Positions 1-8,741 are shown, counted from the first letter of the stretch. The stretch: DNA of 15,487 bases from an uncultured Thermococci archaeon (GCA_964615185.1 CAZTOS010000054.1:1-15487); one strand, 5' to 3'. Notes: generated by a model not told the origin, from the letters alone. Translations and numbers: made by a program.

Positions 1-419
1 ATCTCAATGTCCCTGCTTATCTTTGAGAAGAACTTTTCAGCATTAACAAAGCTCTCTTCGCTTTCTTTAAAGCTTTTGGGAAGCTGGATTAAGATGAACC
101 TTGCGTTTAAAATTCTCGCCTCATTGAGTGTTATCTCCCAATACTTGAAGACCTCATTGGTGGGCTTTAAAAGTCCAACATCTTTGCTTGGCTTAACGTT
201 GCTCCTTTTCCATGTTGGGCTTCTGGCAGGATGTGTTACTCCCTGAAAAGCTTTGATTGAGAACACAAATCCTTCAGGTGCTTCGCTCCTCCACTTTTTG
301 AGAGTCTTTTCTTCCAAAATTCGGTAAAAAGTCTGCTGAATTTCAACTGTCTTGAAGTTCTGGAAGTATTTCTTTCTCGCCTCACAAAAGCCACAGGTAC
401 CAACAAAAATCATAATCAT
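1..419 (-). CDS. DUF72 family protein, 5' part only (runs off the window start)
   Basis: Not in the ORF track because there is no stop in the window. Manual translation from ATG 419 (or 413): MIMIFVGTCGFCEARKKYFQNFKTVEIQQTFYRILEEKTLKKWRSEAPEGFVFSIKAFQGVTHP...ILIQLPKSF. The GTCG, VEIxxTFY, WRxxAPxxFxFxxKA and QLPxSF motifs fit DUF72/YecE. ATG 417-419 overlaps the PIN gene stop (ATGA). Confidence 0.88.
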   Translation of the reverse strand, partial: MIMIFVGTCGFCEARKKYFQNFKTVEIQQTFYRILEEKTLKKWRSEAPEGFVFSIKAFQGVTHPARSPTWKRSNVKPSKDVGLLKPTNEVFKYWEITLNEARILNARFILIQLPKSFKESEESFVNAEKFFSKISRDIE

Positions 420-835
420 CCCTCAAGCATCTTAATTATCTCCGAAGTGCTCAGAACTTTAATCTCTTTGACCTCTTTTAATCGCTTATCATTGCTCCAT
501 AAATAAGCATTGAGCTTTAAGGCAAGAGCCACAAAAGGAATATCATCCGGATCGGGTGTTATCTTCTCGGCAATAGGTATAAACTCCACATAGCTTTCTA
601 TAGGCCACAGAAATATTCTTTCATTAAGTTCTTCCAGAATTTGGTAAAATTGAGCCTCGCTTATCTTGGCTTTCTTAATAACGATATCCTTCAGTTCTTT
701 CAGCTCACTAACTGCAAACAAGGGAGAATGGAGCTCAAGTTCAAATTCATGTCCATATATAATTTTACGGGTCCCACTATCACACTTGAACACGGAGAAT
801 AAAACGTTGGTATCAACAACAAACCTCAATACCAA
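416..835 (-). CDS. vapC: PIN-domain ribonuclease toxin (VapC-like)
   Basis: VVDTNVL N-terminal motif, internal Glu (ELKE), PDPDD..FVALA and LWSNDKRL supply the PIN acidic residues; 139 aa. TTG start at 835 or 829 overlaps the stop of the upstream small gene. Confidence 0.88.
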   Translation of the reverse strand: MVLRFVVDTNVLFSVFKCDSGTRKIIYGHEFELELHSPLFAVSELKELKDIVIKKAKISEAQFYQILEELNERIFLWPIESYVEFIPIAEKITPDPDDIPFVALALKLNAYLWSNDKRLKEVKEIKVLSTSEIIKMLEG

Positions 836-1035
836 CCCTTTTCCCTCGCCATTTTCTTAAGTAATCTGCCCAATTCAACTGCATCTTCATCCGTGAGTTC
901 AGATTCTTTTAGAATCTCATCAAGTTCTTTTAATCGCTCTTTGGACTTTAAAAGTCTGTTTGCTATCCCCTCTACTATCTTTTTGAAGGTTTTTTCATCA
1001 ACTTCTTCTGGAATGTTTATGGTTATTGTTTTCAT
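826..1035 (-). CDS. Putative antitoxin (VapB-like; ribbon-helix-helix-like N-terminus, acidic C-terminus)
   Basis: 69 aa, directly upstream of and overlapping the PIN gene. N-terminal alternating strand MKTITINIPEE and acidic tail ESELTDEDAVELG; RBS-like GGGGT upstream. Confidence 0.75.
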   Translation of the reverse strand: MKTITINIPEEVDEKTFKKIVEGIANRLLKSKERLKELDEILKESELTDEDAVELGRLLKKMAREKGWY

Positions 1036-1069
1036 GTCTGAACCCCTAATTAATTACAGTTACACAGAA

Positions 1070-1086
1070 GTATTAAAGATTTTTTG
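1070..1086 (-). promoter_or_regulatory. BRE-TATA promoter of the toxin-antitoxin operon
   Basis: Minus strand CAAAAAAT-CTTTAATA about 36 nt upstream of ATG 1035. Confidence 0.55.
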
Positions 1087-1092
1087 TAACCC

Positions 1093-1770
1093 CTATTTCC
1101 ACTCCAAATGCGCTTTCTTAACCACCAAAACTCCCGAATACGTGTATTCATCCCAAACTTTTTCAACTTCATCAAAAACTATTCTTGCTTTAAAGAACGG
1201 AGCATCTCTTACGAAGGTCTCAAATTCTCCCCCTTCTCCTCCAATATGAATGCCATATTTTCTGTTCAGCTCTTTAAGTTCTTCAATAGCTTTTTCATCA
1301 ATAATCCTTCCAAGCCACCTCTTATTCAGACCATAAGCAGATACCCCAACTATCACAATCTCAAAGCCGGCATGAAGCATGTCCCTCAAGAGCATCTCTG
1401 GATTCTTGTGCCAGAGAGGAGTGTAGCTTCTCAGCCCAAGCTCATGACAAACCCTCTCAATCCTCACTCTCTGATATTCGCTCTCCAAAGCCCCAGCAAC
1501 AACCCCATCAATGTCTAATCCTTCAAGAACTCTCTTTAAGTCCTCAACCTCTTTCTCTTTTTCCCCAGTGGTGTATCCTTTGATTAGGGGAATCCCTACC
1601 GCCTCAGCCTGCAACTCTGTCAGATGAATGTTTGGGACATGAAACATATAGCTCTCTTCACTTTTAGAGTGAATGCTAACCAGATATTTTACATCAAATC
1701 CCTGCTGCAATGCCCAATATAGGGCATAAGTTGAGTCCTTTCCCCCCGAAAATAAAGCCGCTATTTTCAT
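1093..1770 (-). CDS. Diphthine--ammonia ligase / TIGR00289 family PP-loop ATPase (Dph6-like)
   Basis: PP-loop [28 protein letters not shown] and GEGGEFET motifs. The likely start is ATG 1770 (MKIAALF) with GGTGGG upstream, not 1824. Confidence 0.88.
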   Translation of the reverse strand: MKIAALFSGGKDSTYALYWALQQGFDVKYLVSIHSKSEESYMFHVPNIHLTELQAEAVGIPLIKGYTTGEKEKEVEDLKRVLEGLDIDGVVAGALESEYQRVRIERVCHELGLRSYTPLWHKNPEMLLRDMLHAGFEIVIVGVSAYGLNKRWLGRIIDEKAIEELKELNRKYGIHIGGEGGEFETFVRDAPFFKARIVFDEVEKVWDEYTYSGVLVVKKAHLEWK

Positions 1771-1779
1771 ATTCCCACC

Positions 1780-1794
1780 CGAAAGCTTTAAATT
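1780..1794 (+). promoter_or_regulatory. BRE-TATA candidate for the IPCT/DIPPS gene
   Basis: CGAAAGC-TTTAAATT matches the usual Thermococcales BRE/TATA arrangement, about 75 nt upstream of ATG 1867. Confidence 0.5.
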
Positions 1795-1866
1795 AACCTT
1801 TGGTGAATTTAATATTGGTATCAAAATAAGATTCTCAATCCATCTTAAAAAAGCTTGGGGGATTCA

Positions 1867-3216
1867 ATGGTTCCAGAGAAGGCAGTGATTCTTGCAGGAC
1901 AAGGTTAGGAAAGCTAACTGAAGAAACTCCTAAAGGCCTTCTAAAAGTTGCTGGGAGAGAAATCATTTATAGAACTATGAAAGTTCTTCAAGAATTAGGC
2001 GTTAGGAAGTTCATAATCATCACAAATCCAAAATACAAGACTAAATTTAGGGAATTTGCTGAGAAGAGCGGCTTTAATGCTCAAATAATAAACGAACATC
2101 CAGAAAAAGGCAACGGATATTCCCTTTATCTAGCCAAAAATTGGGTTGATGGAAGGTTCATCCTTGTAATGAGCGACCATATTTATGAGAAAGCCTTTCT
2201 TGAGAGAGCATTGAAAGGGAAAGGGCTCATTGTTGATAAAGCTCCAAAGTATACTAGCATTAAGGAAGAAACAAAAGTTAAAATCAAAAATAACCGTGCG
2301 GAAGACCTTTGGAAAGCACCTCAAGGAGTTTGACGCCATTGATACTGGATTCTTTGTCTTGACTCCTGAGATATTCAATGCCGCGGATGAGATTCTGTCA
2401 GAAAAAGGAAAAGCTGAGCTGAGTGAGATTGTGAAAAAGGCAAAGCTCAAAGTAACTTTTGTGAATGGATTTTTCTGGATGGACATTGACACTCCAGAGG
2501 ACATTAAAAAAGCTAGGAAGCTGATAGTCCAGACCTCTATAAAAGGGAAGGGAGATGGCTTCATATCAAGACATTTGAACAGAAAGATTTCCACGAGAAT
2601 AAGCACTCTCCTCGTTGATCACGTTACTCCCAACCAGATAACCGTTGTAACTTTTTTGCTTGGCATTTTATCAGCCCTAGTGAATTTTATCAGCGTCCCC
2701 CTGGCTGGGATTCTGTATCAAATAAGCTCTATCCTTGACGGTGTTGATGGAGAGATTGCACGTGCAAGCATGAAGACGAGCAGATTCGGCGGCTATGTTG
2801 ATTCAATCCTTGACAGATACGTGGACTTTGCATTTTTGTTGATATTAGCTTACGTTACAATTAAAGAACCTCTCTGGTGGGTAATAGCTGTGACAGCAAT
2901 CTTTGGCTCTGCGATGGTGAGTTATTCAACGGAGTGCTATAAGGCAGCATATGGAAGCGACATTTACAAAGAAATATCCACAATGCGATACCTTATCGGA
3001 AAGAGGGATGAAAGGATATTCCTAACAATGTTATTCTGCTTAGCTGGACAAATAAAAGCTCTCTTTGCTCTATTAGCAGTCTTAACAAATCTTAGAATAG
3101 CGGCGACAGTTTGGTTGGTATGGAAAAAGGAATCAACTGACCTTAAAAACTACGACTTTTCCATCAACACGTTGAGCCACTATGTACTCTCCGCGAATGA
3201 ATATCTTAGTAGATAG
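1867..3216 (+). pseudogene. Frameshifted bifunctional inositol-1-phosphate cytidylyltransferase / di-myo-inositol-phosphate-phosphate synthase (IPCT/DIPPS)
   Basis: ATG 1867 gives MVPEKAVILAGQG* (TAG 1906-1908). The nucleotidyltransferase signature resumes in another frame (TRLGKLTEETPKGLLKVAGREII, from 1899) through GNGYSL and MSDH. It shifts again at 2307-2310 into [13 protein letters not shown]...WMDIDTPED. The CDP-alcohol phosphotransferase motif [10 protein letters not shown]7-GGYVDSILD and GKRDERIF follow. Confidence 0.9.
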
Positions 3217-4180
3217 GAGCTTCGCTTTATAGCACCTAAATCCCTCATCACTATAAACACAGAAACCGCTCTCACGCTTTCCTCCATATGTATTCACAAC
3301 ATAGGCAAAAGCACCTTGATTACATCCAATGCTAATTGACTCTGCATCCAACATAATTTTATCCGTGAGTGGGCTTTCTATTAGCTTCTCAAGCTTCCCA
3401 TCAAATGATAAAATAAACATTCTAGCGTTGTAGGTTATTCCGTAGAGCCTGTCGTTATCTGTATAGAGACATGCAAAAGCTTTATCCTCGGGTGTTAGAG
3501 GATATTCCCATAATAGTGTTCCAGCGTTATTGAACGCATAAAGCTTCCCAGAGTAGATGTCTCCCAAGGCTTCACCCCCATCAGCTATAAAAACTTTGTT
3601 CCCAGCAATTTCAAAAGTTTTTACTGGGAAATCACTTGTAAAGTTAAATATTATCCTCCCCCTTTTCAATATAGAAAACCTCCCTTCCAGTGGTTGAGCC
3701 CAGAATCATTTTGTTGTCTATTTTTAATACTTGAGGAATGCTTCCATTTTGTATTGAAGCCGAAAAACATTCATCACAATGGCAGATGTGATATATAATT
3801 GTTGAAACTGGAGACTTGTTTGCAATCTGGATAAAAAGCGTGTAATTCCCAAAATCAAATCCCGCATAGATTCTGGTTAGATTGGTTTGGATTTCTTTGA
3901 TTTCATCGCTCCTTAGATTTAGGTTATAAAGGGTATTTCCCTTCACAAATGAAAGAAGCTCGCCAATGAGGTAAGGATTTCTACCTTCAATCTCTCGAAT
4001 CCTATCACCACTTGTGATATCCAGAAGGACTATGTTCTCGTTGTTATGACATACCACATAATTATCAAAAACCCCAACAAGTAAACAATCTCTAACCCAG
4101 AGAGTCTGGGGCTGATTTGAATTTATCATAACCATTGAAACAAGCAACAAAAGAAAAAGAAAAACTATATCCTTTCTCAC
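3133..4180 (-). pseudogene. Secreted or membrane-anchored beta-strand-rich (probable beta-propeller) protein, split into two ORFs (4180-3644 and 3669-3133) by a 1-nt frameshift
   Basis: Removing one G from the G5 run (3658-3662) joins ...EVFYIEKG to RIIFNFTSDFPV... as a 348-aa ORF. Hydrophobic N-terminus, PQQ/BamB-like blade motifs (GKLYAFNNAGTLLWEY, ILSFDGKL). GTG start sits 3 nt after the ABC ATPase stop. Confidence 0.65.
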
Positions 4181-4183
4181 TCA

Positions 4184-5272
4184 TCACTCCTCCAGAAACT
4201 CCAGAGCTTCTTCTGTCTTTTTATCAAACAAGACGATTCTGTCTTCCCTAATCTTCACCGTTACCTTTTCTCCAAATGTGAAGTGCTCACCTTCCAATGC
4301 AAACACTTTAACAAATGCCCCACTGTTTACTGAAACAGTGACTATTTGCTCCCTTCCAAGAGGTTCGAAAGAGTAAACCTCTCCAACCAACCCTTCACTG
4401 ATGCCCTTTACTACCTCTGCATCATGCGGTCTAAATCCAAGGAGCACTTCCTTTATGTCGAGCTTTTCAATCAGCTCCTTATATTGAGCAGGGACTGGTA
4501 TTCTGCTTTCATAAATCCTTAAGTAGCCATTTTCAACCTCCGCTTCAACAAAATTCATGGGCGGATTTCCGAGGAATCCTCCAACGAACTTGTATTTTGG
4601 CTTGTGGTAGACCTCATCTGGGGTCCCAACTTGAAGTATTTTTCCTTCCCTAATCACAGCTATTCTGTCGGCCATTGCCAATGCCTCAGCTTGGTCGTGG
4701 GTAACGTAAACTGCCGTAATGCCTAACTCCTTTTGCAACCTCTTCAGTTCCGCTCTAACCTCAATTCTAAGCAAAGCATCTAAGTTGCTTAGGGGCTCAT
4801 CCAAAAGCAAAACATCTGGCTCCTTGACTAAAGCTCTCGCTATTGCAACTCTCTGCTGCTGACCGCCGCTGAGCTGCCAGGGGTATCTGTCTAAAAGGTG
4901 ATCTATGTGGAGCATCTTTGCCACTTCTTTCACTTTTTTCTCTATCTCTTCTTTGGGAGCTTTTTTAAGCTCAAGTGGGAATGCAATATTTTTGAACACT
5001 CTCATATGAGGATATAATGCCCAGTTTTGAAAGACCAATCCAACATTTCTGTCTTTTGGTGGAAGCTCTGTAACATCCCGTTCATCAAAATAAACCTTCC
5101 CAGATGTCGGCTTGTAAATGCCTGCTATTGTATAGAGCAGAGTAGATTTTCCACTTCCTGAAGGGCCTAACAAAGCCATGAATTCTTTTTCTTGAATTTT
5201 CAGGTTTATATTATTTAATGCAATGAATTTACCAAACTTTTTGGTTATATTCTTCAGAGTTACGCTAACCAT
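4184..5272 (-). CDS. ABC transporter ATP-binding subunit, MalK/UgpC (CUT1) family
   Basis: Walker A GPSGSGKS, Q-loop VFQNWALYPH, signature LSGGQQQR, Walker B LLLDEP, H-loop VTHD and a C-terminal TOBE-like region. Likely start ATG 5272 after RBS GAGGTGA. Confidence 0.95.
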   Translation of the reverse strand: MVSVTLKNITKKFGKFIALNNINLKIQEKEFMALLGPSGSGKSTLLYTIAGIYKPTSGKVYFDERDVTELPPKDRNVGLVFQNWALYPHMRVFKNIAFPLELKKAPKEEIEKKVKEVAKMLHIDHLLDRYPWQLSGGQQQRVAIARALVKEPDVLLLDEPLSNLDALLRIEVRAELKRLQKELGITAVYVTHDQAEALAMADRIAVIREGKILQVGTPDEVYHKPKYKFVGGFLGNPPMNFVEAEVENGYLRIYESRIPVPAQYKELIEKLDIKEVLLGFRPHDAEVVKGISEGLVGEVYSFEPLGREQIVTVSVNSGAFVKVFALEGEHFTFGEKVTVKIREDRIVLFDKKTEEALEFLEE

Positions 5273-5285
5273 TATCTTCACCTCA

Positions 5286-6155
5286 TTATCCTTTAATTCC
5301 TCCAACGTATGTTTTCAGGAGGAGCTGGTGAGCTAAGATGAAGAATATTATTGTTGGCAGTAGATAAAAAGTCCCCACTGCAGCTATTAGAGGCAAATGA
5401 GTGAATTCAACTTCGAGATTGCTCTCGATGTATGTTGCCAGAGTTGGATCTATAAGGAATGTTCTTACATATATCAAATCTCCCCATCCTGCCAAAAAAG
5501 CAAAGATTGCAATAGCCATTATCCCAGGTTTTATCAGAGGAACCATTATGTCCTTCCACACCTTTATCCTTGATGCTCCATCAATTATCCCAGACCACTC
5601 AAACTCCCATGGAATGGAGTCAAAGAATCCCTTCATTAGCCATACCGACATTGGTATTTCAAGAGCTCCCCTTGCAAGAATGACGTAGAGGAATGAATAA
5701 ACTCTCAATGCCAAAGGGTTTGTTGGTAATGTTAACCTATACATGAAGTAAACTCCTACTATTAGTGAGACCCCCGGAAATGAGTGCAGAAGCAGGAGAA
5801 ATATCATACTTTTCTTTCTTCCCCTGAATCTCATTCTTGAAAGGGCGTATCCTGCCATCGTGCTTATAAGCACAACTAAACCTGTTATTCCCAAAGCTAC
5901 AAGAAGCGTTGTAAGTGTATAGTGCCAGATATTAACAGTTATCCCTCCAGTTATAGCGGTCTTTCCTTTAAATACATTTATCCAGTTTACTATAGTAGGC
6001 CTAAAGGATGAGAGACTCAAACTGGTGAGCATTTCCTCGCTGAAGCTTGATAGAATGAGCAGTAAATACGTTATGATAATGGGGGATGCTGCTAAAATTA
6101 ATGCAAGAAGTATGACCATCTCATTCTTTTTGGGTATCGTCTCTATATCGTGCAT
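5286..6155 (-). CDS. Carbohydrate ABC transporter permease (MalG-like)
   Basis: About 6 hydrophobic segments, AGYALSRMRFRGR and EAA-loop variant FDSIPWEFEWSGIIDGAS. TAATG overlap with the upstream permease. Confidence 0.93.
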   Translation of the reverse strand: MHDIETIPKKNEMVILLALILAASPIIITYLLLILSSFSEEMLTSLSLSSFRPTIVNWINVFKGKTAITGGITVNIWHYTLTTLLVALGITGLVVLISTMAGYALSRMRFRGRKKSMIFLLLLHSFPGVSLIVGVYFMYRLTLPTNPLALRVYSFLYVILARGALEIPMSVWLMKGFFDSIPWEFEWSGIIDGASRIKVWKDIMVPLIKPGIMAIAIFAFLAGWGDLIYVRTFLIDPTLATYIESNLEVEFTHLPLIAAVGTFYLLPTIIFFILAHQLLLKTYVGGIKG

Positions 6156-7090
6156 TATAGATCACCCCTTGGTTCTCTCATCATCTCCTCAAATTTCATT
6201 ATCTTCAAAATCAGGAAACCAAGTGAAACTCCAAGTATGGATAGCAAAGTTGCAGCTGCAGCTGCAAGCCCCTGTTCCTGCCTCCCCCTACCGAACGCTG
6301 TCGTATAGACGTAGAGGGCTAAAGTACTTCCATAGTCATTGTTAACAATACCCCATGCCACAAGAGGATAAAGATGGAAATACGTTAAGAGTAAGCTCAT
6401 GAGCTGCCATATCGTTGCATACATTATATGCCATCTTATCATCGGAATTAAAATTTTTCTTGAGATCTCCCAATTTGAGGCACCATCAACCCTTGCCGCT
6501 ATCACTAATTCCCTGGGGATATGACTCAAAGCCGAACTAAAAACCAACATTCCATAACTAACCCCAACTATCGCATTTACAAAAATTATAACCCCCCATG
6601 CTCCCCACGGGATCCTTTGGCCCCAAGCAACTGGAGAATCAATAATTCCCAATTTCATCAAAATAGAATTTAGAGTTCCTATTTCACTATTGTGGAAGAA
6701 ATAGTACCAAAGAAGGCCAAAAACTGCTACAGGCGTCATTCTGGGTAAAAGCCAAATAACCCTCATAAGTGTTGAGGCATCTTCCCTTATGAAGAAGGTT
6801 CCAAGAGCTAATAACAACCCTCCAATTATGTTTATTATGAGAGTTATAATAACGAAAACTATAGTTGTCTCCAAGATTGATTTAAAAGAGGGATCATAAC
6901 GCATCATGTGTATAAGTCTTTTGTAATTATAAACACCTATAAAATCATGGAGGTATTTTAAATTCCAATTCATGGTTGGTGTGAAACTCGCATATAAGCT
7001 AACTATTAGTGGAACGAGATAAAACAACACAACAATAAGGATCATTGGAGAAAGAAAAAAGAAAAGTTCAAAAAGTTTGGACCTCCCCAT
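6155..7090 (-). CDS. Carbohydrate ABC transporter permease (MalF-like)
   Basis: Multiple TM segments, GxxNY motif and EAA loop IPRELVIAARVDGAS. Likely start ATG 7090 after RBS GAGGTGA. Confidence 0.93.
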   Translation of the reverse strand: MGRSKLFELFFFLSPMILIVVLFYLVPLIVSLYASFTPTMNWNLKYLHDFIGVYNYKRLIHMMRYDPSFKSILETTIVFVIITLIINIIGGLLLALGTFFIREDASTLMRVIWLLPRMTPVAVFGLLWYYFFHNSEIGTLNSILMKLGIIDSPVAWGQRIPWGAWGVIIFVNAIVGVSYGMLVFSSALSHIPRELVIAARVDGASNWEISRKILIPMIRWHIMYATIWQLMSLLLTYFHLYPLVAWGIVNNDYGSTLALYVYTTAFGRGRQEQGLAAAAATLLSILGVSLGFLILKIMKFEEMMREPRGDL

Positions 7091-7100
7091 TGGAATCACC

Positions 7101-8741
7101 TCAAGGGAATGTCCAATCTTCTGGAATCTTTCCGACGATCTCTACATTCTTCGTTAATTCTGGATCAGCTTTTATCTTCTGAATTATGTATTCAACTCCC
7201 TCCTTTGGTGTCATTTGTCCTCTAAGCACTTTATCAATTGCATCTTTAAAGATGTCCGCTAATGCAGGATATTGTGGATGTGCTGGTGTTAAGTTGGTGT
7301 ATTCAAGCATGTAACTAACATCAGCCAGGAATTGAGCATTTATTGGGTTTACTGTCTTTGCAACTATTTCACCTATGTGCTGCTTAACTTCTGAACTTAA
7401 GTCAAGATTGAGATTCCTTAAATCATTAAGCCACTTTTCATCTTTAATTAAGTCCGCTGCAGCCTTTCTAACTGGAAGGTGTGCCGAGATAACACTGTGA
7501 ATTGCATTAATATCTGGGTCGCTTGCTTTCACTATTATCAGGAATGCAAGCTTGTGATATACGTCTTTGAGCTCATCATACTTTGGATTTTGTGCACCGG
7601 CTTCCGAATTAATCATCCATACATATGGCTGGCTTAAAGTTACTGGCTTTTGACCCTTCTCACCAGCTGGGAACAATGTATAGTAGAACCATTCCTTAAC
7701 TTCTTCTGGCTTAAGGGCCCTTGGAGTTCCCTCTTTTGAATAGTACTTTTTGGTTTGCCATTCAGTCCAGTGCCATGTGCCACCTATGAAGAACATAGTC
7801 TTTCCTTCCACAGCGCTTGGATGTATTTGCTTAGCCCAATCCCAGCTCATTATGTCCTTTGCAAGTAATCCATCTTGAGCGAATTTCCATTCTGTGTAAA
7901 ACCACTTATAAACTGCTGGGACATCCAAAACAAGCTTACCTGTGTCTTTGTTATAGAGCTTTCCACCAAATGCAAAGATGAACTGGATTAAGTCCGGATG
8001 TGCCGAGCCCTTCCTGTGAACAAGACCCCACTCTGCACATCCCTTCTCCTTTGCGGTTTTTGCTAAGCTGTAAACATCGCTCCATGTAAACTCTCCATTC
8101 TTCACTTTCTCATTAATCCCGTTTAAATTGATTCCAGCACATTTTGCTACATCTGTTCTGATGTAAAGTGGTCTTGCCTCGGTGTCCTGTGGCAAGCCAT
8201 AAAGCCTGTCTTTCCATTTTGATGCTTCGATAAGGGCCGGGTAAAAGTCGTTTAACTCGTTCTTGTAGGCATTTGCAAATTCCGTCACATCCAGGATATA
8301 TCCTTCTTCTGCAAGAGTTGGTATATATGCATATGAATTAGCAAAGAAGTCTCCAGCTTGTTTAAGTGGCTGCTTGCTCATATATTCTTGGAAAATTTCC
8401 TTGGGATTTGCAACATACTTTACATCAACTGATATTTTCACGTTCACATTATTCTCCGACCAGATTTTGTTTATTCTTTCTGCGGCTTCTACTATTCCAT
8501 AAACCCTCATGATGCTGTTTGGGTCTCCCCCGCTCCATGCACTAAACTTAACCTCGCTAATGCCATTCTGCTCAAGAACCTTCCCTATCGCAATCGCATC
8601 CTTCGTAAAGTCCCCAGTAAGCTGAACTTCTGTAGAAGGGGCTTGTGTCTGAGTTGTTGTTTCCTTCCCGCCGCCAATACAACCGCTGGCAATCACTCCA
8701 AGAAGCAATATTGCAATTAACCATACGGCTCTTGTTTTCAC
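7101..8741 (-). CDS. ABC transporter extracellular solute-binding lipoprotein (sugar-binding family 1-like)
   Basis: Signal peptide ending in the Thermococcales-type SGCIGG motif, Thr/Gln-rich linker, and SBP motifs LYGLPQDTEARPLY and IFAFGGKLY. Likely GTG start at 8741 with AGGTGG upstream (the track gives 8750). Confidence 0.92.
   Translation of the reverse strand: MKTRAVWLIAILLLGVIASGCIGGGKETTTQTQAPSTEVQLTGDFTKDAIAIGKVLEQNGISEVKFSAWSGGDPNSIMRVYGIVEAAERINKIWSENNVNVKISVDVKYVANPKEIFQEYMSKQPLKQAGDFFANSYAYIPTLAEEGYILDVTEFANAYKNELNDFYPALIEASKWKDRLYGLPQDTEARPLYIRTDVAKCAGINLNGINEKVKNGEFTWSDVYSLAKTAKEKGCAEWGLVHRKGSAHPDLIQFIFAFGGKLYNKDTGKLVLDVPAVYKWFYTEWKFAQDGLLAKDIMSWDWAKQIHPSAVEGKTMFFIGGTWHWTEWQTKKYYSKEGTPRALKPEEVKEWFYYTLFPAGEKGQKPVTLSQPYVWMINSEAGAQNPKYDELKDVYHKLAFLIIVKASDPDINAIHSVISAHLPVRKAAADLIKDEKWLNDLRNLNLDLSSEVKQHIGEIVAKTVNPINAQFLADVSYMLEYTNLTPAHPQYPALADIFKDAIDKVLRGQMTPKEGVEYIIQKIKADPELTKNVEIVGKIPEDWTFP

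Noticed and set aside
1977..2333. 118-aa ORF as an independent gene, and likewise the TTG start at 2230
   Set aside because: Both are fragments of the frameshifted IPCT/DIPPS; homology extends upstream to 1867 and switches frame at 2310.
7..2606. Track ORFs 7-246, 666-860, 893-1249, 1108-1518 and 2130-2606
   Set aside because: Antisense shadows of well-supported genes, with no recognisable motifs.
3659..3665. A-AAG-GGG heptamer as a programmed -1 frameshift site
   Set aside because: The -1 frame hits TAA within a few codons; joining the two ORFs needs +1.
4181..4187. Box C-like GTGATGA on the minus strand
   Set aside because: It is the tandem TGA TGA stop of the ABC ATPase, and no CTGA D box follows at the expected distance.
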